Positions 13,747 through 26,686 of a DNA stretch of 64,000 nt are shown one piece after another (position 1 is the stretch's first letter; the number at the start of each line of letters is the position of its first letter). Source of the DNA: the human T2T-CHM13v2.0 reference genome, Homo sapiens; assembly GCF_009914755.1 (NCBI RefSeq), contig NC_060926.1, one strand, 5' to 3'. The notes under the pieces are model-generated. The model did no database searches. It worked only from the letters and a program-made list of their open reading frames with translations, and had not been told where the DNA came from. The translations under genes and the position numbers were made by a program.

Positions 13747-15597
13747 ATGTGTGAAACATGCAAATCCAGCAAGTAAAAATTTGCACAGAAACAAAAAGGG
13801 AATAGCTTCACTTTATAAAATAACTCACAACAGGACCCCTTTAAAAAACAAAATAATTTGATTTTGAAATATTATTTATATATAACTTACGAGAAATAGT
13901 TCAACACAAATATCTCCCAGTAAAGTATTACACACTGATTTTCTTAAGTCAACCTTGTTTAAAAACTGCTTCTTAAAATGGTATTACCTTAAATGCATAA
14001 AAAGTATAATGGGCAAGTAATATTTGAACCTTCCTATCCCCAAAAGAATTCTGATTTTAGGCAGGTCTCCTGCCCTCGTATTCTGAGTACAACAGAGTAC
14101 GGATAGTGAATGGCACCTGCAGGAAGGGAGGGAAAAAAAAAAAAAGGAACTAAAAAAAGAATTCCACAGTCATGAAGGAGATGGAAAACCAGTCCTAAGT
14201 GTCATATGTAAAATCCATGGTACTCACTATCTATCCTAAGAAAAACAAAAAATCTTCTTAAAAGGTAAAGTATTAACTTTCCTAATTACAACGTTCTCTA
14301 ATTTTAAAAGATTTCCCCTGATATCACACTACAGCTCAGAATTAAAATTCTAAGAATTTTTCACTGATTTTTAAATAGCTCCTAAGATGAAAAGTGAAAG
14401 TCAACAGAAGCAACTGAAAAAGAATTATATCAATCGTAAACATAGAAAATTCAGATCTATGAGATTAAAATATATCTAGAAGCATGAAAGATTGAAATAA
14501 ATCATTTTCATAATGAAATATTTAGATTAACAGGAAGCAACAAAATAAACATAAATAAGGTATAATTTACATATTCAATTTCCCAAGGTTTTGGGAGGGA
14601 AAAAACCATAACTACAGCAATTTGACAGGGGTTCATTTTTAAAACACCAATAAAATTTGGAAAGGAGCCACTAAAGAACAATAAAATTATTAAAATGTTA
14701 CATAATATAACCAATGAAAAACAAACAAAGTAAAAAGAATATGGAAAAATAAGGACTTGGCAGGGATGGGAAATGTATTGAGTATCCTACAAGAAGGGCT
14801 CTAAGAAACATAAAAGATGGAACAAGGGTAAAGAGGCTTAAAAATTTTTACCAAACAGGATTGCTACTTCCTAGAAGAGGCTGAAAGATTAAGCAGGTAG
14901 ATCTTATCCTTTACACATCTTTAAGATTAGGAAAAGAAAATCTCTTTTGAATGACTTAGAATGCAGCCCTTACTATGTCAAGGAACTGAAATCTGAGAAA
15001 TTCTTGAGGTACCTCTTAAGCTCAATTCTTGAGTCCAAAATTATTGAGTCCAAACCCAAGAAAAATCTAACACTTAAAACAAAGGCAGGATAGATTTTCA
15101 AATGGCTAGAATACAACGTTAAATGTAAGGGGTCCTAAATAAGTATTTGAAAAGTCAATCAATAAATAAACTAGAAATGGCAAATGTTCTAAGCAGCTAT
15201 TAGCCCATCAAATCTATCATGGCCCAAAAAGTAATGAGCACAACACCTGGTGTTCACAACCTGCCAGTTCAACTCCTGGGTACTTACTGTGACTAAAACA
15301 GAGGAGAACTGAAGACTTTTTTCTATGACTTTTTGAGCCCCATAATGTGACATCTACCACAGGATGTGGTTGAAGTCATAAGAAGAAGTCCTGTTTAGCA
15401 AAGCTTTAACAAGGCTATACTTCCCAATCTCAAGTCAGGTGAACACAATGGACACTTCCACACGTCATCTAAAGATAAACAGAACCTGACAAACTGTCCT
15501 CACTTCCAAGAAGAAAGGGCTAAAATAAACTGACTCCAAGAAAGGGTATTTCTTAACTCCATCCCTCCCATTTTCCTAAAGGCTTTACAAACTTTAC

Positions 15598-15733
15598 CAG
15601 CATGTTTCCTTCGTGGTGGAGCCATTGATGCCTGATTGAGAATCAATTCTTGAAAAAATTTTCTTCTGTCTTCTTCAATAGGCCTTTGAATATACAAGAC
15701 CTCTTCATACTGTATTCTAAAGATACATTTAAC
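15598..15733 (-). CDS. ATAD2B: ATAD2B coding exon (VKCIFRIQYEEVLYIQRPIEEDRRKFFQELILNQASMAPPRRKHA)
   Basis: tgtgtag acceptor, CTG|gtaaag donor; 136 nt, phase 0 to 1. Confidence 0.95.
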
Positions 15734-16839
15734 CTACACATATACACACACACAAAGACATTAAATATATAAAGAATTAAAAGCTTACATATCATACCAA
15801 ATTGCAATGTCTTCATCTTCCAGTATCATGTTCAATATTCATAGACCATTCACATGGGGTTATAGTTAACCTAGTCCTAGGCTATGCTGTTGAAGGGTTC
15901 AACCGCATGGGCTAAACAGGAATGGAAGAATGTCCAGTTACCCAAGTCATTAATGAATGATACTACATATCTAGTAAGAGTCATCAGATAATAGCAAAAA
16001 GGATAGCTGGTTGTAACAGATGGCAACAATCTCAAAGGCTTTTACATTAAGAGGGGAAAAGTAATTACTTCGAATCTATAATAGTACAGCTGGAAGAATG
16101 TTAACATTGCCATCTCTTATCCTCGTATTTCTTTGTACTCCCTATCCATTGACTTCCCTTACTGTGCTCTTTCCCTACCAAGTCTATTTCACTGTAATCT
16201 CTGGAATCCTGGTTCCACTGCAAAGAAACTATACCTCTAGTCTAGTTTATGCTCCATGACACACTCCAAAAAAATTAAGCCAATTATTCTCATATCCTTC
16301 AGCTCCATCCACTTGGTGATTACTCACCTCTTCTGTTTACCTACTCAGACTTTGACCCCAGGTGTCCACCTTCCAAGATATGCTGTTTAAATGCTCTTTA
16401 CCTCATCCAAATTTGTCTACTATGGCATTAAACACTGTATTTAATTTTTATGGTTTTTCTAGAATGTCTACCTTCTACCTTCTAGACACCAAACTCCCTG
16501 AGAACAGAGACCACTTCTTATTCACCTATTTTTCTATACCTATCCCAGTGCCTGGTATTTAGCAATGCCTAATAAGTATGTACTGAAAGAGTTAACCTTG
16601 TGATTTTTGTTACCCAGCCCAAATCAAACAGGAAACTGCAAATAAAAAAAGGGAGAAAGTCACCAGTATGGAAAGATAGACCAACCATGACACTGTGAAA
16701 ATATGGATTAGAATCAAAGACATCATATTCCTGCCCAAATTTAGCCACACATTTGTGGTAAAATTTGAATAATTCATTCAGTTTGTCATTTCTAACCACT
16801 TACTGGATTAAACCTATGAAATGAACCCTTAAAAATTCC

Positions 16840-16930
16840 ATAAATATGATATCATTCTACCTTCATAACAATGAGGTAAGTATTATTTCCTCATTTTACA
16901 GATGGGGAAACTGGGGCTTAGAAAGATTTA
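16840..16930 (-). mobile_element. MIR fragment
   Basis: cattttacagatggggaaactggggct. Confidence 0.6.
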
Positions 16931-17939
16931 AGTAATTGGCTTAAGGTAATAAAGTGAATAAAGAAGACTAAATTATATAAACTGTCAATGCCTTTTCCAG
17001 CTCTGAAATTCTAAGAGAAGAAGAAACAATGAAAGGTAAACATCAGAATTCAAAAACTGGATGGGGAATTATTTATCTCAACCTAAAGTCAAATCATTTA
17101 AAAGTTCATAAAATTTCACCTTGTGTCGTTCCAGTGCTTTTGTAGACTACCTTCATGCACAGTTCCCTCCAACCCTTTAATCAATGCTTTGATGGCCTTT
17201 CTTTGAAAGTTCTGGAAGTAAATTTACTACTGAACATGCTTTGTATGTCAAACATCATGCCAGACACTGCAGTTATAAAACTGAAGAAAATGTCTTTGTT
17301 CTCTGCTGTCAAAGATTTTAGAGTATCAGAAGAAAAGCATTATGATACTATGCTGGGAGTACTGTAACAGAGGTAGCAAAACAGAGCAGAGACCTTGCAA
17401 GGGGTGAAAAGACACTAGGTAAGATGTACCAGAAATCACTTATATCAATTGGGTCTTGAAAAATAAGTAGAACTTAATATCCTAGACGTACCACGATTTC
17501 GTTCAAGAATGGCAAAACATTTCATTTTAACTATTTTCTCTGATAATTTTCAATACTATGTTAACACTTTATGAATACAAAAGCATACCAAGAACAGGCC
17601 TACAATAATCCATGGATATTCTTACCAGGTTACTACCAACACCTTAGAATCCAACATTTTATAAGTGGGATAAATTATACTTCTCTAAGTTCACTCCTAA
17701 CTTTATCTTCTGACAGTCCTAGCCTCAAACTTCATGGTGTACCAAAGACAAGCCTTCCATAATTCCCAGAACAAATCACGCTCTGTTTCACATTGGTTCA
17801 CACTGGTTGTGATACATAGTATTCACTCATTCCTGACCCCTTCTTTAATGCACCACTCAAGCTGATGCTTTCTGTGTGATGCCTTCCCTAACTTTCCCAG
17901 ATGCACTTAGGCACACCTTCCAATATTTCTGAAAAAACA

Positions 17940-19150
17940 GTTCAATAATGTTCAGTAAATTTTTACAGATGTGTAGCCATCACAAGCACATTTTAGAACA
18001 TTTCCATTACCCCAAAAAGTTTCCTCAGGCCTATCTGCAGTCAATCCCCACTCCCACTCCCATGTCCCAGCCTAACAACCACTGATAATGCTTTCTGTCT
18101 CTAGAGAATTGCCTCTTCTAGACATTTTGTATCATACAACTGACAGTCTTTTATGCCTGGCTTCTGTCACTTAAAACTTCAGGTTTTTCCAAGTTGTAGT
18201 ATGTATTAGTATTTCATTCCATTTATTGCTGAATAGTATTTCATCACATTTTGTTTAGCCATTCACCAATTAAGGAACATTTGGATTGTTTCCACTTTTT
18301 GCTAGTATGAGTACAACAACTAGAAACATTCCCATACAAATGTCTTTCTGTGAAAGTATGTTTTCATTTCTTTTGTGTAGATAACTAGGAGTGGAATTGC
18401 TGAGTCATACCATAAATTTATGTTTAACTTTGGAAAGTGGCTGCACCATTTTACAATCCCACCAGCAGTATATAAGGACTCCAGTTTCTATATCCTTGCC
18501 AATACTTGGTATTCTTTATTTTTGATTACAGCTATTAGGTTGGTGCAAAAGCACTTTTTTTTTTTTTTTGCAGCTTTCAATGGCAAAAAACGCAATTACT
18601 CTTGCCCAACCTATATTTTAGTGGGTTGCAGTGGTATTTCATTCCTGAATGACTGATAATGAGCATCTTTTCATACACTTATCATCCATTTACATATACT
18701 CTAAGGAACCTCATATAAAAGGAATTATACAAAATTTGTCCTATGACTAAGTTAGCATAATGTCTTCAAGCTTCATCCATGTTACAACATGCATCAAAAT
18801 TTTCTCCTTTTTAAGGCTAAATAATGTTCCATTGTATATGCTACATTTTGTTTATCCTTTCAACTATCAATGGACACTGAGGATGTTTCCACCTTTTGGT
18901 TACTATGAATGATGCTGTTGTGAACATGGGTGTGCAAATACCTGTTCAAGTCCCTGCTTTCAATTCTTTTGAGTAAGTACCTAGAACTTGATTGGCTGGA
19001 TCATATGGCATTTATATATTTAAGATAATGTCATACTGTTTTCCACAGTGGCTATACAATTTTACATTCCCACCAGCAATGCAAAAAGGTTCTCCTTTTT
19101 CCACATCCTCATCAACATTTGTTAATTTCTGTTTTTTTTTAATAACAGCC
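17940..19150 (-). mobile_element. Old L1 (L1M) 3'-region fragments
   Basis: ggaattgctgagtcata, ttttacattcccaccagcaatg, ttctccttttccacatcct motifs. Confidence 0.8.
18535..18614. mobile_element. MADE1 (Hsmar1 MITE) with one arm disrupted by poly-T
   Basis: ttaggttggtgcaaaag...aatggcaaaaaacgcaattactcttgcccaacct. Confidence 0.8.
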
Positions 19151-19153
19151 ATC

Positions 19154-19432
19154 TTTTTTTTTTTTTGAGACGGAGTCTTGCTCTGTCGCCCAGGCTGGAG
19201 TGCAGTGGTGCAATCTCGGCTCACTGCAAGCTCCGCCTCCTGGGTTCACGCCATTCTCCTGCCTCAGTCTCCCAAGCAGCGTGCCACCACGCCCAGCCTA
19301 ATTTTTGTATTTTTAGTAGAGACGGGGTTTCACTACGTTGGCCAGGATGGTCTCGATCTCCTGACCTCGTGATCCACCAGCCTCAGCCTCCCAAAGTGCT
19401 GGGATTACAGGCATGAGCTATGGCACCTGGCC
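19154..19432 (-). mobile_element. Alu (Sc/Y-like) with short internal deletion
   Basis: reverse Alu lacking the ctgggactacagg segment. Confidence 0.9.
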
Positions 19433-19766
19433 AACCTTTTTGTTTTATCGAATTTATTAACACATTCCTTAGAATTGTTAGTCCCCAGTTTTGAAGGTAG
19501 GGTTCCTGCAACCTTTGTAATAAGAAAAATTAATGGTTAAGAACTTAAGATCTAAAAAAAAAAAAAAGAACTTAAGATCTCAATAACAAAAGGTGTGAAA
19601 AAGAGGTCAGAAATAAACCTAAGAAAGCTTTCATAAATAAAATTTGCTTTGCTCAAAACAAAATAGGATATCAACCCATTAAATAAAAATAGAAATAGTT
19701 TACATATCTCAAAATAGTAACTATGTTTACCTACTATCCTATTTCACTTAGGGAAAAAAAACTTGT

Positions 19767-20048
19767 GGCCGGGCACGGTGGCTCACACCTGTAATCCCAA
19801 CACTTTGGGAGGCTGAGGTGGGTGGATCACGAAGTCAGGAGATCAAGACCATACTGGCTAACACAGTGAAATCCCTTCTCTACTAAAAATACAAAAAATT
19901 AGCTGGGCGTGGTGGCGGGCGCCTTTAGTCCCAGCTACTCCAGGAGGCTTAGGCAGAAGAATGGCGTGAACCCGGGAGGCAGAGCTTGCAGTGAGCCGAG
20001 ATTGTGCCACTGCACTCCAGCCTGGGCAACAGCGAGAGACTCTGTCTC

Positions 20049-20077
<29 letters not shown>
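19767..20077 (+). mobile_element. Alu (Y-like) with long poly-A
   Basis: gaatggcgtgaacccgggaggcagagcttgc; TSD aaaaaaaacttg. Confidence 0.93.
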
Positions 20078-20079
<2 letters not shown>

Positions 20080-20887
20080 TGAGAAGATTTCCTTCCTCTT
20101 AAATTTTAAGAATCACGTAATTGTTTTATTACCAAAATATTAATATTAAAACAGTTCCCTTGTATCTTATGATCATTAATCTGAGTTTTCAATGCCCCTA
20201 CTTGATTTTTCTAATTGAAGTTACTGATTTTCCCCTCCCAGGTCCTACCATAAACCTAGAGAGACAATGACAAGAAACATTTAAGATAACAAAATGCTAT
20301 ATGTAATCTTACTTTCATCAGCATAGCTGAGGAATATTTCTTTAAAATTCATTTCCAATATACTGAATTATATAATCTTAAACCTGCTCATAATAATTTA
20401 ATAACAAAGCAGATACTGTGAATGTCTTCAGAAACAGAAATACAATTCTGGCCAAGGTTTACATTCCTTCCTACAAATATCTCTAATTTATTTGCTTCCT
20501 CCCTTAAGAGTCTTTTTTCTGTGCTCAACCTTAAATTAACTCTCTTCTCTAATTCTCCATAAATACCTTGCAATTCCCATATATCTCAAATAAAATTCTC
20601 CAAGTATCTTCAGAAAGGGTTTATAAAAGTAAATTTACTTACACTACAATTCTGCATGGTTCTCAAGTGGTCAAAAATTTAAAGAAAAAATATTTTAAAA
20701 GAAAGAATTATGCAGAAAGCGAGTGAGGCTGGGCAAGGGTTACTTAAATCCTACGTGATGATTCAACTGTTAGTTCCTTTTTTCATGCAGCAAACTTTTA
20801 CAGAGTAATTCCAATGTGTTAGCACTGTGCTAGGAATGGGAGAAATGATGGCCAGTAACACCTGAAAGTGCTAGTGGTCTAGAGACC

Positions 20888-21625
20888 AGAGGTGCACAAA
20901 CTTTTTGGTCTCAGGACCCCAAAAAAGCTTTTATGTATGTGAGCTATATGCATCAATATTTACAGATTTTAAATAAGCCCATTAGATATTAACACTAACA
21001 TTAAAAGAATAAAACATATATTCTTTTGAAAAATATATTTTTCCAAAATATAGAAAGAACATAAAACACATAAAACAAAATTTAGCGAGAAAAGTGGCAC
21101 TGTTTTATCTTTTTTTTGAGACAGCGTCTCACTCTGTCACCCAGGCTGGAGTGCAGTGACACGATCTTGGCTCACTGCATCCACCTCCCAGGCTTAAGCG
21201 ATCCTCCCACCTCAGCCTCCTGAATAGCTGGGACTACAGGCACGCGCCATCATACCCAGCTAATTTTTGTATTGTTTGTAGAGATGGTGTTATGCCATGT
21301 TGCCTAGGCTGGTCTCATACTCCTAGGCTCAAGTGATCCGCTTGCCTCAGCCTTTCAAAGTGCTGGGATTACAGGCATGGGCCACCACATCCAGCCAGCA
21401 CTGTTTTAAATGTTTTCAATTCTCTTTTGTGTCTGGCTTAATGGAAGACCACTGGATTCTCATTTCTGCTTCTGTATTCAATCTGTTACAATATGTTGTT
21501 TGACTGAAGTATATAATGAAAACCCAGACTCAGCAGATATGTAGTTGGAAATGAAACTTGATAATCCCCTGAAAAAGTCTTGGGGGCTCCTCAGGGGTCC
21601 TTGGACCACACTTTGATAACAGCTG
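20888..21625. mobile_element. hAT-Charlie (Charlie1-like) relic interrupted by an Alu
   Basis: aaactttttggtctcaggacccc start; ggaccacactttgataacagctg end. Confidence 0.65.
21110..21396 (-). mobile_element. Alu (J-like)
   Basis: reverse Alu; TSD gcactgtttta. Confidence 0.9.
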
Positions 21626-21758
21626 GTCTGGTGCAATGATTTCCAAACTTTTTTGATCAAACACCTCATCAGTAAAAAATCTGAAAATATTCTCATTACT
21701 ATATGCATATTTATTTAAATATACTATTTTGCTAATATACTACTTGGAAATAATATAT

Positions 21759-21887
21759 TATAAACCATATACACATGAAATATACTGTACTATTAAATAT
21801 ACTGTTTTGCTATACTACTATTAAATATACTATTACCAAAATAGTATATTTAATAGTACAGTATATTTCATGTATATATGGTTTATA
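21759..21887. repeat. 51-bp inverted repeat with 27-bp spacer
   Basis: 21759-21809 vs 21837-21887, 2 mismatches. Confidence 0.9.
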
Positions 21888-22685
21888 GTTTTATTATAAA
21901 CCATATATGCATGAAATATTTAATATGAAAAATAAAAATGAACAGAAATGCTAATGTTTTCCCCAGTATCCCAATGCACAAGTACAAACTTATCGTGGGG
22001 ACTATTGAACTACAAGAGAGGGATATATACAAAGAGACACAAGAGAATGTCAAAGAAGTTCTAAAAGATGAACTTGTCATTTTGTCCCACTAATAAGACA
22101 CTAATCATGGAAGGACTAATTATTTTGGGGTTTTCTTCTATTTTAAAAATAGAGCAGGAAAACTTCCTTTCTCCTTCCTCTGTGAATAATGAGGTTTATT
22201 TTCTGATTATAATGATAGTTATTTATTATGGAAGATATAGAAAATAAAGACAATAAAAAACTAAAATGACTATAACTTTTATATCCACAGATAATTACTA
22301 TTAACATTTCTGTGTATATCCTTCCAGTTATATCTTTATAAACACCATACACATTGATTTATTACCTGCATTTTTTAAAACAATACATTTAAACATATTT
22401 TCATGACATTAAATTTTCTCTTTTATTTTTGAGACACGGCCTCACTCTGTTGCCCAGGCTGGAGTACAGTAGTACAACTGTAGTAATAGGCCATTTTTTC
22501 CTCTGAGAATTGGTTTTGTACTGCCCACTCTCTACTTCATTTCTTCCATAGATCTGGCAACTTGCTAACCTACAGCTACTTGGTCTACAACTCTCTGTGC
22601 TACTCATTCATTCACCAAATATTTATCAATATGTGCTAAATATTAGAGATTACTATCTTAGTTTGTGACCTAAAGAAAGCAAGCA

Positions 22686-23036
<351 letters not shown>

Positions 23037-23038
23037 TT

Positions 23039-23183
23039 AGCTGGACATGGTGGCTCACACCTATAATCCCAGCATTTTGGGAGGCTGAGGCAGGAGGATC
23101 ACTTGAGACCAGGAGTCAAGACCAGCCTGGGAAACATAATGAGACTTCGTCTCTACAAAAGTAAGTAAACAAATAAAATAAAA
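23039..23183 (+). mobile_element. Alu monomer (FLAM-like)
   Basis: single left arm plus A-rich tail. Confidence 0.75.
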
Positions 23184-24640
23184 TGTTAAGACTTGGGAAC
23201 AGAGGAGAATTTCCTACAAACTATTAGTATAAAACATGTTATATAATCAAAAGAGAATTCCCATAATCTTCAGCCCACAAATACGATATCCACGATAGCT
23301 TTAAAAACTACTTATAAAGACAAAAGCGAGAGGGAAAGGAGCTGAAATTTCAGAATTCAATGCTGGCAAATTTCTAATATTTTAGATAGTAATTATGGGT
23401 ATTGGTAAATAAATACTGAAAAAGGTTACTAGTCAGTGGGCTTTCTGAATCCATTATAAGTTATGACAACAGTATAACATTGGAAATGTACATGATATAA
23501 TGTTAGCTTTAAAATACTAAACCAACAGTAAAATTACATATGCATATGGGCAACAGAAGTAGGTAAAATAAAAACTGCTTATCAAGAAGTTAGGCTCATC
23601 AAACTTTTATTTAGAAATTTTTCAAACAATATAGAGGGAAATTTTCAGGGAATATTCCCTATATATTCCCAACTAGAACCCTCATGTATCCCACATTTTA
23701 ACTCTTCTCTTTCTTTTTATAAAATTAGAATAAAACTGATAAAGAGGATCTAACTTGTAAAGTGGCTCCCAGGTTATATCCAGGTTCAGTCCATTCCTCT
23801 AAATTTCAACTTCAGCTGCATTCCTACTTTATAATACTAATACCAAACATTTAATAGCTCCATGGTTTCAAAAGAAATTCACGTATACTGTCTCACACCA
23901 ATGACCCTGTCTGTTATTATCCACATGTTATAGATGAAAATGAAGCAATTATACGTTCAAGTATTTATCTAAGATCAAAAGACTAGTAAGTCAATACCCT
24001 GGTTTTTCTAACTCTTGCTACATAAAGCATTCTATTAAACTTTATTAGCCTCTATGATAAACATTTTGATTAGTGATCTTCCTATACTATCAGATATTGA
24101 ATAATCAAAAATGAATTACTCTACATTTAATATATTTTCCTTACAAAAAGCAGTAAAGTATACAAATCTATTTTAGCAAGATAACTAATGAAAGCTGAAA
24201 CACAAAAGAACTCAGTAAACAAACACTTTAACCATAAAATTCTACATAATCAAGATTTATATTATAGCACTTAAAACATGTAAATCTTTTATATAAACAT
24301 CATTCCTACTTTGTCTCCTGGGGAAAATATTTCTAAGCATTTCTAAAGGAGACTATTTCAAGACCTAGTAAGCTCAGGGTATTAAAACAATTTTTAAAAA
24401 ATCAATTTCACTCAAGTAAGATGATCTACTATTTTTTTCTGAATCAACTATGATTTTACCTTAGATCTGAACTCAAAGTTAGACTTCAGATTTGAAAAAT
24501 ACGTGTATTAGTAATAACATTCAAGTTAACATGGTGCTATCAATGAAAGGGCTGAAAGGTCAAATCTCATCAAATGACCCCACAGATGATAAGGATGAAA
24601 AGGATATAACTGATAGTGATATAGCCACAATTTTCTTAGA

Positions 24641-24971
24641 AAGCTGAGTATCCCTTTTCCAAAATGCCTGAGACCAGATGTGTTTCAGATTTCAAACCTT
24701 TTCAGATTTTAAAATATGTGCATATATATATAACGAGATTATCTTGGGGATGGGATCCAAGTCTAAACAAAATTCATTTAAGTTTTATAAAAACCTTATA
24801 CACATAACCTGAAGGTAATTTTATACAATGTTTTTAATAATTTTGTGCAAGAAACAAAGTTTTGACTGCAACCCATCACGTGAGGTGTCAAATTTTCCAC
24901 TAGTGGCTTCATGTCAGCACTCAAAGAAGTTTCAGGTTTTGAATTTTTGAATTAGAGATGCTGAATCTGTA
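24641..24971. mobile_element. Tigger4/MER46-like DNA transposon
   Basis: gctgagtatccctt...cttggggatgggatccaagtctaaac...gatgctgaatctgta. Confidence 0.75.
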
Positions 24972-25224
24972 TATATATAATTCAGGTTTTGTTCTAAGCA
25001 TAAATTATCTCAATCTTTATAACAACACTGTGGAATACCACTATACCAAAAAAGAAACTAAAACTTAAATAACTTACCTACATCATACAGCTAATAGGCA
25101 GTTACACCCAGGATATAAACCCTGGCAGTATTAATTTTATAATAATTAAAAGGTGTCCAATTTACAGAGTCAACTATTTTAGAACAATATAATAAGGAAA
25201 GATAAATATTTAATCAGTTCTTAC

Positions 25225-25410
25225 CTCTTCAGGCAGTTCACTGTACATGGTTTCAGAGGTAGACAATAAAAATATAGGTGAAAATGATGGTATATCTTGT
25301 AGCAATGTCAGAAAAGTTGCTCTCACAGTTTCACTGACAGCTTCCCACCAATCCCCAATGTGAGGCATGTAAACAATACTAGGTACTGTTCTTCGAGCTT
25401 CACGAAAAAT
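25225..25410 (-). CDS. ATAD2B: ATAD2B coding exon: AAA2 (IFREARRTVPSIVYMPHIGDWWEAVSETVRATFLTLLQDIPSFSPIFLLSTSETMYSELPEE)
   Basis: ttccttaattag acceptor, GAG|gtaaga donor; 186 nt, phase 0-0; manual translation. Confidence 0.96.
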
Positions 25411-26377
25411 CTAATTAAGGAAAAAAACCAACATTAAACAACTCAAATTGATTATTCTAAAGTCTACCCAGTAATCTCCAAATACATGAAATATGTCAGG
25501 CCTATTATGGTCATTAGTTTCAGCCTCAAAATTTAAGTTCAAGATATGATGCACAAGCCTTACACAGCTTCAATCTACCCTTGCCCCACCAAAAAAAAAA
25601 AAAGTATGTTTTGCCCTATCAAAAAAAAAAGTATGTTTTGCCCTTTAATTATTCCTATTCAGTATATATTAACAGTGGAAGGTATCAAATTGCTCCACTT
25701 ATCTAGCATGTAAAGATAATAAAGCAAAACACCACTGTAAAATATGCTGCAAATAAAGAGATAAACATACACCTATGGCACTCATGTGATATCAGTAAAC
25801 TTTACAAAAAGAACAACAACATAGTTTACATTTTTGAGCACCTTGACTAAAATCATACAATATATAATCATTTTAACCAAGATGTACCACCCTAGAGCTT
25901 AAAATTAATGAACTACTTGCTGAAACAGTCATTCACCTCCTCCCATTATCTTAGTTCAATATTTTATAAAATAGTCACAAAATACTCTAACTTATCTAAA
26001 GAGCAAATGATAGCAAAGAGCTCTGCGACACTTCCATTGTCAGAAAATACAGAATGAATTTTTCCTCAGGTGTTAAAAAGTCTTAACCATAGTTTCAATC
26101 ACGCTCTGCCAACACACACCAATAGGGACCAGGTTGGCTATTAGTAAGCTGCCAAGCTGAATTAATGTCCCTTACTTATTAAGTCAACAGTTTAATATCC
26201 CACCAACAAATTCTGACATGTTAATAGGACATTTCTCATTATCTTTAACAAGTTTAATTATAAAAATCTTTCTTCCATTTTGAGAATTCTATTCCTAAAA
26301 TGCTCGACTTATTTTCCCTTATTTTTAACACATTTCAATTAGCCTATGTAATATACAAGATATAGAAATAAGAATTT

Positions 26378-26686
<309 letters not shown>

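Noticed and set aside
10680-13771. 11-bp inverted match tgctggatttg / caaatccagca spanning the 13113-13309 exon
   Set aside because: Short enough to arise by chance, and one copy abuts a transposon.
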